A stretch of 64,000 nt of DNA from Betaproteobacteria bacterium (GCA_052389535.1 JBQTHU010000117.1:10257-74256); one strand, 5' to 3'. Positions 17,134 to 27,038 are shown, numbered from the stretch's first letter. Numbers and translations are program-made. The notes: generated by a model not told the origin, from the letters alone.

Positions 17134-18108
17134 TCATTCCGCTTCTAGCTTCGCTTCCTGCACCACCCTGGTCCAGCGGGCGATCTCGGCTTTCACGTGC
17201 GCCGAGAATCCGTCGGGCGTCGTGGTCGACACGGCGATGCCCTGATCCTCGAGGCGCTGCCGCAGCGGGCTTCCGCCTGCAAGCAGCCGGTTGAGATCGG
17301 CATTGATCTTCGTGATGATGGCGGGCGCCACCTTCGACTGGGTGCAGAGGCCGTACCACCCGGTGACATCGTAGTTCGGCACACCCTGCTCGGCGAAGGT
17401 CGGCACGTCGGGCACCTGGGGATTGCGCTTGCCGGAAGTCACGCCCAGCGCGCGCACTTTCTTCGCCCGTATCGCGCCGAGCGGGCCGCCGGCCAGGTTC
17501 CCCACCGAGGATTCCATGTGGCCGCTCATGACATCGGCAAGCGCGGCAGCGGCCCCCTTGTAGGGCACGTGAACGATGTCTATGCCGGCGGTCATCTTGA
17601 AAAGCTCTATCGAAAGATGCGGCGATGCGCCGACTCCTGACGATCCGAAATTGACCTTGCCGGGATGCGCCTTGGCGTAGGCGACGAACTCCTTCAGGTT
17701 CCGGGTCGGCATGGAAGGATGGACCATGAAGACGTTCGGCACGCCGCCGATCATCGCCGGAAACGCGAAATCGCCGATCGGGTCGTAGGTGAGCCGCTTG
17801 CGGAACCGCGCCGGGGTGACGCTGTGCGAGCCGATGTTGCAGAGAACCAGCGTATGGCCGTCGGGCGCGGCGCGCGCCGTCGCCTCGGTCGCGATGTTCC
17901 CCGCCGCGCCGGGTCGATTCTCGACCAGCACGTTCGTGCCCCATGCTTCGCTCAACGCCGCCGCAACGATGCGCGCAGTCGTATCGACGCCGCCGCCCGG
18001 AACATAGCCCACCATGATGCGCACCGGCTTGCTGGGATACGTTTGCGCGCAGGCAAGGCCTGCGTAGAGAACGGAAAGCGCGACGAGCGCCCTGGCGCAT
18101 GCTTTCAT
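17134..18108 (-). CDS. Bug/TctC-family tripartite tricarboxylate transporter substrate-binding protein
   Basis: Signal peptide, then QTYPSKPVRIMVGYVPGGGVDTTARI...NRPGAAGNIA, the typical Bug-family N-terminus. Confidence 0.9.
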   Translation of the reverse strand: MKACARALVALSVLYAGLACAQTYPSKPVRIMVGYVPGGGVDTTARIVAAALSEAWGTNVLVENRPGAAGNIATEATARAAPDGHTLVLCNIGSHSVTPARFRKRLTYDPIGDFAFPAMIGGVPNVFMVHPSMPTRNLKEFVAYAKAHPGKVNFGSSGVGASPHLSIELFKMTAGIDIVHVPYKGAAAALADVMSGHMESSVGNLAGGPLGAIRAKKVRALGVTSGKRNPQVPDVPTFAEQGVPNYDVTGWYGLCTQSKVAPAIITKINADLNRLLAGGSPLRQRLEDQGIAVSTTTPDGFSAHVKAEIARWTRVVQEAKLEAE

Positions 18109-18183
18109 TCAAGCCTCCTCGAATGGATTATCGGTGCCGCCGCACGCGCTGCGCGTTCGTGCACCGGCGCAACGGCCGGGCGA

Positions 18184-19491
18184 TTATAGCCCACGGATGA
18201 TCTGCAGTGCCGCGCGCCGGCCGCTCTGCAAGGCGCCCGCGACCGTGCCCGCCTCGCCTTCGAGGTCGGCCGCCTCGCCGGCGAAATACAGCGTGCCCGC
18301 GACGGGCGCGGCGAGCGCTTCGCGGGCGCGCGCGCCGCCTGCCATGACGTAGCTGTAGGCGCCGCGCGCATACGGGTCCTGCTGCCAGTCGTGCAGGTGC
18401 GCGCCTACAAGACGTGTATCCGCCGGTTCGCCAAAAATTTCCCGCAGCGACATCCTCGCGCTGTCCAGGATCTGAACGCGTGACGCGCCGCGCAGGCGCT
18501 GTGCGTTCGGTCCGCCGGCCCACGCCACGAGCAGCGGCGCCCGCACCGGCAGCGCGTTCCAGAAGGTCGGGAATGCAGCGCCGGGGCAATGAAAAAACGT
18601 GCCGTCGAGATAGCGCCCGCCGTCGGATATTTCCCAGAATGCCGAGCTGAAGTGCAGCACCACCTTGATGACCGGCCCGGTGCCGAGCGCGCGCAGCGCC
18701 GCGCGCTTGCCCCTCAACCGGGGCGAAAAGGCGAGCGCGCCGGGCCGGCGCGCGCTATCCTGCAAGACGCCTACCGGAAGCGTAACAAGCGCGCGTGCCG
18801 CTGTAGCGCGCAAACTGCCATGAGCGCATTGGGCCTCCACTGTGACGGATCCGCGCCGCCACGCCAGCCTGCGTGCCACCGCCTGCAGCGCGAACTTCAC
18901 GTTCCCGGCCGCCGCGCTTGCATACAAGTATTCCAGCAGCGGGCCATAGCCCGACTGCGGACGGGCCAGCGCCGTGCCACCTTCCTGCGTCCATTCCTCC
19001 ACGATCGCGCGCGCGCTGACGCGCCGTGGATCGGCGGCGTCGTAACCCTGCACCAGCATGCGGGCGTAGACGCACGCCTCGCTCGAAACGCGCGGACGCA
19101 GCACGCGCGCGAGATAGGCATCGAACGTCATGTCGCGCCGCGCGAGCGGTCGGTCGAGCTTCATCGCTGCGCAGATTTGCCTCAGGTAATCCGGGCGCGG
19201 CTCGAGCCGACCGGACTTCACCACCCACGGCCTGCGCGGGGCGTCCACCACGGCCGACCCGCACGCCTGTATCAGTGTTGTAGTGGCGCGCGGACGGCCG
19301 TGGATGAATTCTGCGCCCAGTTCCACCGGCACCGGCAAGCCCGCGATGTGCATTGACCAGCAGCGTCCGCCGATACGCTCCCGCGCTTCCAGCACCAGGG
19401 TGGCGCAACCGGCGCGAGCAAGTTCGTCCGCGGCGGCCAGTCCCGCCGCGCCCGCGCCGATGACGATGACGTCGTACTCGGTCTTGCGCAT
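18184..19491 (-). CDS. FAD-dependent amine oxidase family oxidoreductase
   Basis: The start MRKTEYDVIVIGAGAAGLAAADEL is a dinucleotide-binding fold. EARERIGGR and the C-terminal YFAGEA are also present. Confidence 0.85.
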   Translation of the reverse strand: MRKTEYDVIVIGAGAAGLAAADELARAGCATLVLEARERIGGRCWSMHIAGLPVPVELGAEFIHGRPRATTTLIQACGSAVVDAPRRPWVVKSGRLEPRPDYLRQICAAMKLDRPLARRDMTFDAYLARVLRPRVSSEACVYARMLVQGYDAADPRRVSARAIVEEWTQEGGTALARPQSGYGPLLEYLYASAAAGNVKFALQAVARRLAWRRGSVTVEAQCAHGSLRATAARALVTLPVGVLQDSARRPGALAFSPRLRGKRAALRALGTGPVIKVVLHFSSAFWEISDGGRYLDGTFFHCPGAAFPTFWNALPVRAPLLVAWAGGPNAQRLRGASRVQILDSARMSLREIFGEPADTRLVGAHLHDWQQDPYARGAYSYVMAGGARAREALAAPVAGTLYFAGEAADLEGEAGTVAGALQSGRRAALQIIRGL

Positions 19492-19498
19492 GAACCGC

Positions 19499-20212
19499 TC
19501 AGCTTGCCCCGGCCGAAACGGGCTCCAGCAACTGCGCCTGGTCCATGCGCGCATCGTTGACGCGTGGACTGACCGCGTAGTGCTCCATGCGATCGACTGC
19601 ATTCATGGCGGCGGCGCGGGCCAGCGCTGCAGCGCTGGCGCTGTCATTCGTGGTATCCATCCAGGCGCCGTGCGCTTCGTTTGTAAGGACGACGGGCATG
19701 CGCTCGTGCAGCGTCGCGAGCGCCCCCGCGGCGGCAGTAGTGAGCACCGCGCAGCTCGTTACCGATTCGCCGGTGGTGCGATCGAGCCAGCGCGCCATCA
19801 CGCCCGCAAAGCAGAAGGGCTGCCGGTCGCGCGGGCGGATGAAGTAAGGCTGCCTGCGGCGGCGCCCGCTCGCATCGTGAGTGCCCTCCCTCCACTCATA
19901 CCATCCTTCCGCGGGGATCAGGCAGCGGGCCGTGCGACAGGCATCGCGCCACATCGGCCTGGAAGCCGCCTCCTCGATGCGCGCGTTGAATGAAAAACCG
20001 GGCGGCTTCGATGCCTTCCACCAGTGCGGAATCAAACCCCAACGTGCGCCGGCAAGCGCGAGGCGCCCGCTGTGGTAATCGAGGTGCAGCAAGGGGATGA
20101 TGGCGGTCGGCGCGACGTTGTAGCGCCGCGCGAAGGGAGCGTTGCCCTCACGCCCCACGTGCCACGCGCGCTCGATCGCCGCCTCGTCGGGGCTTACGAA
20201 TCTACCGCACAT
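19499..20212 (-). CDS. SOS response-associated peptidase (SRAP/YedK family)
   Basis: The start MCGRF (catalytic Cys2) was verified at 20210-20212. RYNVAPT and LIPHWW motifs are present. Confidence 0.9.
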   Translation of the reverse strand: MCGRFVSPDEAAIERAWHVGREGNAPFARRYNVAPTAIIPLLHLDYHSGRLALAGARWGLIPHWWKASKPPGFSFNARIEEAASRPMWRDACRTARCLIPAEGWYEWREGTHDASGRRRRQPYFIRPRDRQPFCFAGVMARWLDRTTGESVTSCAVLTTAAAGALATLHERMPVVLTNEAHGAWMDTTNDSASAAALARAAAMNAVDRMEHYAVSPRVNDARMDQAQLLEPVSAGAS

Positions 20213-20342
20213 CGGGTCGGCGTGGAGGCGAGCAGCATGACCGGCAAACCATACGCGTACGCTTGCAAGCTGTAAATCGCGCCCGCGAATCTCGGCTATC
20301 ATTGCCAGCACTCAGTTCCGCTCGGGCGCATTCCACGAAAGG

Positions 20343-21476
20343 ATGAACATGAAGATCGGCAAGGTCACGTGCTGGCTGCTCCGCATCCCGTTCACGTTTC
20401 CGCTGGTGAAGGAGACGCAGCATGCCATCGCCAATTTCATCGAGGTGGAGACCGGAGATGGTCTCAAGGGACACGCGCTCTCGACTTATCCCATGCGCCA
20501 CGGCATACGCGAGTTCATCAACCGCGAGGCCGCACCGGCGATACAGGGCATGGATGCACTGCGGCCGGAAGAGGTGCGCAACCGGCTGTTTCTCGCCACC
20601 GCGCGCAAGCACGTCATGGGCGCATGGAACTGTGCCGTCAGCCTGATCGATGTCGCGCTATGGGACGTGAAAGGCAAGGCGCTCGGCCAGCCGGTGTGGA
20701 AGCTGCTCGGCGGCGCGCACAGCAAGCTTCCCGCGTACATCACGTTCGGCCTGCCGCGCTACAGCATCGAGGAGCTGATCGAAGTTGCAAAGATGTTGAT
20801 CCGGGACGGCCAGACGCGGCTCAAGATGGTCGTCGCCAAAGGGGCCAATCCGTTCGATGAAATACTCGGCCAGCCCAACGATGCGGACATCCTCGAGGAT
20901 GCGCGCCGCGTCGCTGCGCTGCGTGAAGCGGTCGGGCCGAACGTCGAACTCATGATGGACGCCAACAAAGGCGCGACGTTCGCGCAGGCGCTCAAGCTCG
21001 CAAAGCTGTGCGAACCGTACAACCTGGCCTGGTTCGAGGATCCCGTACTCAAAGGCGATCCGAAACTCATGGCGCGCCTCAGGGCGCAGACCACGATACC
21101 GATCGCCGCCGGCAGCACCGCAACTTCGGATCTCATGTTCCTGCGCGAGTATCTCGTGCACGAAGCGGTCGATTACCTGCAGCCCAACGTGCGCGACATC
21201 GGCGGCTATACGCAGGGGCTCAAGGCGGCCGGCATTGCCGAAGCGTTCAACGTGCCGCTCGCGATGGGCGGCAACTATCCGCACGTCAACATGCATCTCC
21301 ACGCCGGCGTGCCGAACGGCGGGCGCGTGGAATTCCACTGGCAGGGATGGAAGTGTGTGGAGTCGCTTTTCGACGGCGCCCCCGGCCCGGTCAGCGGCAC
21401 GGTGACGCTACCCACCGCGCCGGGACTGGGATTTACTCCCAGGAGCGGGATATTGGATCTCGCGGTGGATCAGTAA
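20343..21476 (+). CDS. Enolase-superfamily enzyme (mandelate racemase/muconate lactonizing family)
   Basis: IDVALWDVKGKALGQPVWKLLGG, and the metal-ligand region MMDANK...WFEDP. Confidence 0.85.
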   Translation: MNMKIGKVTCWLLRIPFTFPLVKETQHAIANFIEVETGDGLKGHALSTYPMRHGIREFINREAAPAIQGMDALRPEEVRNRLFLATARKHVMGAWNCAVSLIDVALWDVKGKALGQPVWKLLGGAHSKLPAYITFGLPRYSIEELIEVAKMLIRDGQTRLKMVVAKGANPFDEILGQPNDADILEDARRVAALREAVGPNVELMMDANKGATFAQALKLAKLCEPYNLAWFEDPVLKGDPKLMARLRAQTTIPIAAGSTATSDLMFLREYLVHEAVDYLQPNVRDIGGYTQGLKAAGIAEAFNVPLAMGGNYPHVNMHLHAGVPNGGRVEFHWQGWKCVESLFDGAPGPVSGTVTLPTAPGLGFTPRSGILDLAVDQ

Positions 21477-22331
21477 TCAGGCGCTGCGAGACGCCGGTTT
21501 CGTCTCGAGGCCGAGCGTCGCGGCGAGCCACGAAGATACGATCCCGCACACCACGTCTTCGCGGCCGTTGTAGAAATGGTCGCAGTCCGAAATGATCTCC
21601 ACCCTGCAGGGGCCACCGGCGGCACGCTGAAATTCCTCGGCGGGATAGCGGTGCACGTCCTCCTTGTCGCCGCGAACGGCAAGCACCGGGCACTTGATCT
21701 TCGGCGCGAGCGCGATCGTGTCGGGCACGCTTTTGATGCGGTCGAGAAAACTTTCCGCACTGATCACGTACCACCATCCCGGCATCAACAGCAGTTCCCG
21801 GCCGCGTCCGGCGCGCACCAGCGCCTCGGCCCGGGCTTTCAGCTCCTGGAATCGATCCATCGCGAACAGGCGCTCGCTGCCTTTCACAGTATCCGCAAGC
21901 GCTCCGCCGCGCCCCGTGGAGAGCAGCACGAGCGCCGGGGTACGTGGATGATCCACCACGTGCTGCACGCCGAGCATGCCGCCGTTGCTGTGACCGATTA
22001 CGACCGGGTCGGGAAAGCCGCGTGCCGCGAGCCAGCGGGCGGCAATGCGGTTGTCCTCGAGCGCCTCGCGGGTGGACTGAAAGGCACCCCCTTCCACGAC
22101 GCGGCTGTTGCGCGTGCTCAGCACATCGTGCCCGCGACGGTTGAAGGCAAGGCAGGCGAAACCGAGGCGGGTCAGCACCGGCGGCAGAAAGCGCGGCGCG
22201 CAGACATAAAAGTTCATCGTGTTGCCGTGGAAGAACAGCGCGGCGCCGGCCCTCGCGCCGCCTTCCGGCTCGTAATACGCGCCGTCGAGCGGAGCCATGT
22301 CCGTCGGGATCGACACCAGTTCCGTGCGCAT
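21477..22331 (-). CDS. Alpha/beta hydrolase
   Basis: FFHGN and the nucleophile elbow IGHSNGG. Its stop abuts the stop of the convergent enolase-family gene. Confidence 0.8.
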   Translation of the reverse strand: MRTELVSIPTDMAPLDGAYYEPEGGARAGAALFFHGNTMNFYVCAPRFLPPVLTRLGFACLAFNRRGHDVLSTRNSRVVEGGAFQSTREALEDNRIAARWLAARGFPDPVVIGHSNGGMLGVQHVVDHPRTPALVLLSTGRGGALADTVKGSERLFAMDRFQELKARAEALVRAGRGRELLLMPGWWYVISAESFLDRIKSVPDTIALAPKIKCPVLAVRGDKEDVHRYPAEEFQRAAGGPCRVEIISDCDHFYNGREDVVCGIVSSWLAATLGLETKPASRSA

Positions 22332-22351
22332 GAGCGATGCGGGAAACGCGA

Positions 22352-22726
22352 TCAGCCGCGGTTGCCGCCGATCTTCAGCAGCCGCGGCTTCGGGCGTCGC
22401 ACTATGGTGGGCGTTTTCGTTTCGCCGCTCTTCATTGTTCTCGCCGGCCTGGCGGGGCCGGCGTCGAGCGGCTGTATCGTCGAGACCGCGTGCTTGTAAA
22501 CCTTGTCTGTCAGCGGTCCCTTCATCAGGATCACGTACTGGTCGTAGGAAACGATTTCACCCTCGAGCTTGACGCCGCTCGCGAGGAACACGGCGACCTT
22601 CCTGTGTTCGTCTATCATCTGCCGCAGGAACCGGTCCTGGGCCGATTGCGCCCCCGCGGCGCCTTCCTTTCCGGTCTTTTTTGCAGGTGTTTTTTTCTTG
22701 GTAGGCTTGAGCAGCCTGGCAGCCAT
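22352..22726 (-). CDS. Divergent Hfq-like (Sm fold) protein with Lys-rich N-terminal and basic C-terminal tails
   Basis: The core QDRFLRQMIDEHRKVAVFLASGVKLEGEIVSYDQYVILMKG...VYKHAVSTIQP aligns to Hfq Sm1/Sm2 (YKHAIST). The start MAARLLKPTKKKTPAKK was verified at 22724-22726. Confidence 0.7.
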   Translation of the reverse strand: MAARLLKPTKKKTPAKKTGKEGAAGAQSAQDRFLRQMIDEHRKVAVFLASGVKLEGEIVSYDQYVILMKGPLTDKVYKHAVSTIQPLDAGPARPARTMKSGETKTPTIVRRPKPRLLKIGGNRG

Positions 22727-22883
22727 TTCACGAACCCCGGTGAGCGACGAGACAGGTCTGGGATTATATCCCGCGCGATACGGTCCCGCGATGATTTCAA
22801 CGCGTGCGATGCGCGGCACGCTTTGATTCCCGGCCGCCGCTGCGATCGGCTATGCTTGCGCCCTTTCTCTACCGGAGACGCAT

Positions 22884-23654
22884 ATGACGACTGAAAGCGG
22901 CTCGGCTCGACCGGCACTGGAGCTTGCGGGCACGGTGGCGCTGGTGACGGGCGCCTCGCGCAACATCGGGCGGGCCATCGCGCTCGAGCTGGCTCAGGGC
23001 GGCGCCGCCGTCGCAGTCAACGCGCGGACTTCCCGTGAGGACGCAGAAAAAGTCGCGGGCGAGATTCGCACGCAAGGCGGACGCGCCGAGGTCTTCATGG
23101 CTGACATCGCCGATGCGACACAGGTTGCCGCGATGGTGGACGGCATCATCAAGCTTTATGGACGCATCGACATCCTGGTACTCAATGCGTCGGTGCGCAA
23201 GGAAACGTCCTTCCGTGAAATGACATTCGAAGAGTGGCGCAGCCTGCTCGCCATCACGCTTGATGGCGCTTTTCACTGCACCAAGGCCTGTCTCCCGGCG
23301 ATGATCGCCGCCGGCGGCGGCAGCATCGTGACACTGGGCGGGATGACGGCGCTCTCCGGCGCCAAGGGCCGGGTGCATGGCTCCACCGGCAAGCACGGAC
23401 TCTACGGCATGACCCGCGCACTCGCCCGCGAACTGGGCGAGTACGGGATACGCGCCAATTGCGTCGCGCCGGGCCAGATGAACACGGCGCGCGCCTCCGG
23501 ACGCGCGGCGCGCCCGGACGCCTCCCTCGTGCCGCTGGGGCGCCGCGTTGAACCGGAGGAGATTGCGTCGGTAGTACGTTTCCTGTGCGGTCCGGGAGCG
23601 AGCATGATCAGCGGGCAGCTGATCTACGTCGACGGCGGCCAGATGATGTTCTGA
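22884..23654 (+). CDS. Short-chain dehydrogenase/reductase (FabG-like)
   Basis: [18 protein letters not shown], a YGMTRA (Tyr-x3-Arg) segment at the catalytic position where YxxxK is expected, and the C-terminal GQLIYVDGG. Confidence 0.85.
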   Translation: MTTESGSARPALELAGTVALVTGASRNIGRAIALELAQGGAAVAVNARTSREDAEKVAGEIRTQGGRAEVFMADIADATQVAAMVDGIIKLYGRIDILVLNASVRKETSFREMTFEEWRSLLAITLDGAFHCTKACLPAMIAAGGGSIVTLGGMTALSGAKGRVHGSTGKHGLYGMTRALARELGEYGIRANCVAPGQMNTARASGRAARPDASLVPLGRRVEPEEIASVVRFLCGPGASMISGQLIYVDGGQMMF

Positions 23655-23758
23655 GGAAATCGCGGCAGCCGCTGCACTTTTTTACAAGGCGATGGGCCGC
23701 TTTTTACGATGTGCCGTGCGACCCATCCTCATGCAAGGTCCCGCACTTTACGTGCGGC

Positions 23759-24730
23759 TCAAGCCATCCGCACCACGATTTTCCCGACTTGCGCGTTCGA
23801 TTCCATGCGCGCCTTGGCCTGGGGCAGCTCGTCGAACGAATAAACGCGGTCGATGAGCGGCTTGATCCGCCCGTCGGCAAGCGCCGGCAGCACCTCGCGC
23901 ACGAACCCGCGCACGGCCTCGGCGCGCTCTTGCGGTCCCAGTCGGCTGTTCGACACGCCGAACACGACAAAACGGTTGGCATGCAGTGCGCCGAGATCGA
24001 TTTCGCTCTTGAGCACGCCGTCCACGTAGCCCACGGTGGCGATGCGGCCGTTGTACGCGAGCGCGCGCATGCATTCGCCGAACACCGAGCCGCCGACGCA
24101 GTTGACGACCAGGTTCACGCCCTTTCCGTCGCTTGTTTTCCGCACGCGCGCTGCAAAATCGCCGCTGCGCGTGGCGATCCCGACTTCCAGACCCGCGGTC
24201 TTGAGTCGTTCGAGTTTCTCCGCGGAACCCGACGTGCCGATGGTGTGCGCGCCCAGCATGGTTGCGATCTGCACGCTCGCGACGCCCGCCCCGGACGAGG
24301 CCGCCGTCACCAGCAGCCACTGCCCGCGCTGGAGGCCGCCGTAAGGAAAGAGCATCTCGTAAGCCGTGAGAAAACTGACCGGGACCGCGGCCGCTTCCTC
24401 CCAGCTCAACCGTTCCGGCATGGGCATCGCCTGGTGCGCTTCCATGGTTGCATAGGGCGCGAAGCCGCCGCGCGCACGCCCGAACACGCGATCGCCCGGC
24501 CTGACCGCAGTAACGCCGTCGCCGGCCGCGTGCACGATGCCTGAAACCTCGTTACCGCCGAGCTTCTCGGGGCCGCCGTGCACGACACCCCCGACGATCA
24601 GCTCGCCGCGGTTGAGCGCGCTCGCCTGCACGCGAACGATGATCTGTCCTGCCTTCGGCTGCGGCTCCGGCACCTCGCGCAGCTCGAGCACGGCCTTGTC
24701 ATGTTCGGTCTTGATCCAGTATGACTTCAT
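23759..24730 (-). CDS. Zinc-type alcohol dehydrogenase/quinone oxidoreductase family protein
   Basis: MDR-family layout: an N-terminal GroES-like region and the AASSGAGVASVQIA cofactor motif. Confidence 0.85.
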   Translation of the reverse strand: MKSYWIKTEHDKAVLELREVPEPQPKAGQIIVRVQASALNRGELIVGGVVHGGPEKLGGNEVSGIVHAAGDGVTAVRPGDRVFGRARGGFAPYATMEAHQAMPMPERLSWEEAAAVPVSFLTAYEMLFPYGGLQRGQWLLVTAASSGAGVASVQIATMLGAHTIGTSGSAEKLERLKTAGLEVGIATRSGDFAARVRKTSDGKGVNLVVNCVGGSVFGECMRALAYNGRIATVGYVDGVLKSEIDLGALHANRFVVFGVSNSRLGPQERAEAVRGFVREVLPALADGRIKPLIDRVYSFDELPQAKARMESNAQVGKIVVRMA

Positions 24731-24873
24731 GCTGACTCTCCCTCATGTATCGGTTGCGCCGGCATCCGCCAGCTCAGCCACTCGCAGATCCCGCCCGCGA
24801 TTCTCGCACAGCTGCCCGCCGGCGCGCATGCGTTGTGCCCGGGAACGCGTGGCAGCGCTTTCTTTGCAGCGCC

Positions 24874-24897
24874 GTTACAAAGATACAAAGTGTTACA
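24874..24897 (+). promoter_or_regulatory. Triple direct repeat gTTACAaag-aTACAaag-tgTTACAg upstream of the Spy/CpxP-like gene
   Basis: Read directly: TACA(A/G) cores at about 9-10 bp periodicity, 117-140 nt upstream of GTG 25014. This resembles OmpR/CpxR-type tandem half-sites. Confidence 0.3.
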
Positions 24898-25013
24898 GCG
24901 CGAGGCCGGAACCGGCTACGAACGCGCTATGTCACACTGCCGGGCCGATCCGCGCAAAGCACAACGATGGGCGAACGGCGCCATCATCCGTCAAACTTAA
25001 GGAGGGACCACTC

Positions 25014-25523
25014 GTGAACAGGCTCGTATTGAATACTCTGGTTGCAACCGGCATCGCGCTGGCCGCGCCGCTCGCTGTGGCCCAGTCGGGCGCGGAAGGC
25101 ATGCAGGCGCGACAGGCGGAACGACATATGCAGGGTGAGCGCGCGTTCCGGCTGCCGAGCGAGCGCGTCGAGGCGCGCATCGCCTATCTGAAAACGGCGC
25201 TGAAGATTTCGGATGCGCAGCAACCGCAATGGGATGCCTTCGCCTACACGCTGCGCAGGCAGGCGCAGGACATGGACGAGCGCATCAAGGCGCGCCGCAC
25301 CCAGGGGGCGGAAGGTCGGCGCGACGCGAGACCGACCGCGATCGAGCGGCTCGAGCGCCGCCAGGCCCGGCTCGCCGCCGCTTCGGCGCGTCTCAACGAA
25401 ACGCTGGTGGCCGCGAAGCCGCTTTATGCGGCGTTGAGCCCCGAACAGCAGAAAATCGCGGATGAAGTGCTCGCGCCGCAACGCCGTGGCATGGGGCACG
25501 GCCACCGTCGCGGGCACGCCTGA
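25014..25523 (+). CDS. Periplasmic Spy/CpxP/ZraP-like LTXXQ-motif protein with His-rich C-terminus
   Basis: GTG start with AAGGAGGG 8 nt upstream. It has a signal peptide, LKISDAQQPQW and LSPEQQKIADE motifs, and the tail GMGHGHRRGHA. Confidence 0.75.
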   Translation: MNRLVLNTLVATGIALAAPLAVAQSGAEGMQARQAERHMQGERAFRLPSERVEARIAYLKTALKISDAQQPQWDAFAYTLRRQAQDMDERIKARRTQGAEGRRDARPTAIERLERRQARLAAASARLNETLVAAKPLYAALSPEQQKIADEVLAPQRRGMGHGHRRGHA

Positions 25524-25550
25524 TTTTGCGGCGTCTCGCGCGTCGCCCCG

Positions 25551-26996
25551 TCACAGCGGCGGCTGGTTCAGGCTGAGCGGCGGGGCGACGCGCTCCAGGG
25601 GGCTGCGCTCGGCATTGACGGCGTAGCGGGCCGCAACAACAGCGGCGAACAGCATCAGCGCCGCGCCCACGGCATATCCGCCGAACACCGACGTGCGCGA
25701 TCCGGTATCGATCAGCGTGCCGAAGAACCACGGCGCCACGATGCCGCCCGTGGCGGTGCCGAGCGCGAAGAACACCGCGATGGCGAGCGCACGCAGTTCG
25801 AGCGGAAACACTTCGCTCACGGTGAGGTAGGCGGAGCTGGCGGCTGCGGACGCAAAGAAGAAGATGACGCTCCACAAGGCGGTCTGCTGGTATGCACTCA
25901 GCATGCCGTGCATGAAGAGCACTCCGGTGGCGAGCAGCAGCAGCGCCGATACCGCGTAGGTACCCGCGATCATGGCGCGACGGCCCACCGTATCGAAGTA
26001 GTGTCCCAGCAGCAGCGGGCCGAGAAAGTTGCCGAGCGCGAAGGGCAGCAGATAGATGCCGGTGTTCTGGGCCGGGACGTCGTAGAAGCGGGTGAGCACC
26101 AGCGCGTAGGTGAAGAAGATCGCGTTGTAGAGGAAAGCCTGTGAGGCGATCAGCACGAAACCGAGAAAGGATCGCGCACGGTAGGTGGAGAGCATGGTCT
26201 TCGCCACGACTCCGAAACCGGTGGTGCGCCGCGGATGGATGACGAGCGATTCGCCGGGAGGCACGAGCGCGACGCCGTGCCGGCGCACGATGCGGGCCTC
26301 GATCTCGGCCATCACCTCGGACGCGCGTTCGCCGTGCCCGTGGATGCACAGCCAGCGCGGGCTCTCGGGCACGTAGCGGCGCGCCGCCAGCACCAGCACT
26401 CCCAGCAGCGCGCCGACGCCGAAACCCACGCGCCAGCCGACGTCGATGGGAAAGACTTCAGGATCGAGCAGCACCAGCGTCGCGCCGGACCCGAGCGCCG
26501 CGCCGATCCAGAAGCTGCCGTTGATGGCGAGCGCGACGCGGCCCCGCACCCGCGCGGGCACCAGTTCATCGATCGCCGAATTGATCGCGGCATACTCGCC
26601 GCCAATTCCTGCGCCGGTGATCCAGCGGCAGACGGCGAGACTCGCGAAGTCCCAGCAGAATGCCGTCAGGAACGTCCCGCCGAGGTATATGGCAAGCGTG
26701 GCGAAGAGCAGCCTGGTTCTGCCGTAACGGTCCGTGAGATGGCCGCAGACAAGCGCACCCAGCACCGCGCCGAAAAGATAGGAGGACGCGAGCGCACCGA
26801 TTTCGCCGGCACTGAGGTTGAGCGTCGCGGGATCCTGCAACACCCCGCCGACCGCCCCCTTGAGGGTCACTTCGAGGCCGTCGATCGACCATGCCGCACC
26901 GAGCGCAAAGACGATCAACCAGTGGAACCGGCTCCACGGCAGGCGGTCGAGTCGGGCGGGAATATCGGTGCGCAGCGGCTGCGGCCGGTCAGGCAT
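25551..26996 (-). CDS. MFS transporter (metabolite:H+ symporter-like)
   Basis: 12-TM hydrophobic profile. N-terminal RLDRLPWSRFHW and the DRYGRTR loop motif. Confidence 0.85.
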   Translation of the reverse strand: MPDRPQPLRTDIPARLDRLPWSRFHWLIVFALGAAWSIDGLEVTLKGAVGGVLQDPATLNLSAGEIGALASSYLFGAVLGALVCGHLTDRYGRTRLLFATLAIYLGGTFLTAFCWDFASLAVCRWITGAGIGGEYAAINSAIDELVPARVRGRVALAINGSFWIGAALGSGATLVLLDPEVFPIDVGWRVGFGVGALLGVLVLAARRYVPESPRWLCIHGHGERASEVMAEIEARIVRRHGVALVPPGESLVIHPRRTTGFGVVAKTMLSTYRARSFLGFVLIASQAFLYNAIFFTYALVLTRFYDVPAQNTGIYLLPFALGNFLGPLLLGHYFDTVGRRAMIAGTYAVSALLLLATGVLFMHGMLSAYQQTALWSVIFFFASAAASSAYLTVSEVFPLELRALAIAVFFALGTATGGIVAPWFFGTLIDTGSRTSVFGGYAVGAALMLFAAVVAARYAVNAERSPLERVAPPLSLNQPPL

Positions 26997-27038
26997 CCAG
27001 TGCGCCCCGGTTCGAATCGCGACGGCGCGGCACGCGGG

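Noticed and set aside
17084-18112. 342-aa alternative-frame ORF overlapping the Bug/TctC gene.
   Set aside because: It is on the same strand but off-frame. The 17134-18108 frame carries the signal peptide and the Bug-family motifs.
24850-24868. Sigma-54 look-alike tggcagcgctttctttgca upstream of the Spy/CpxP-like gene.
   Set aside because: The GG to GC distance is 13 nt instead of the invariant 10 nt.
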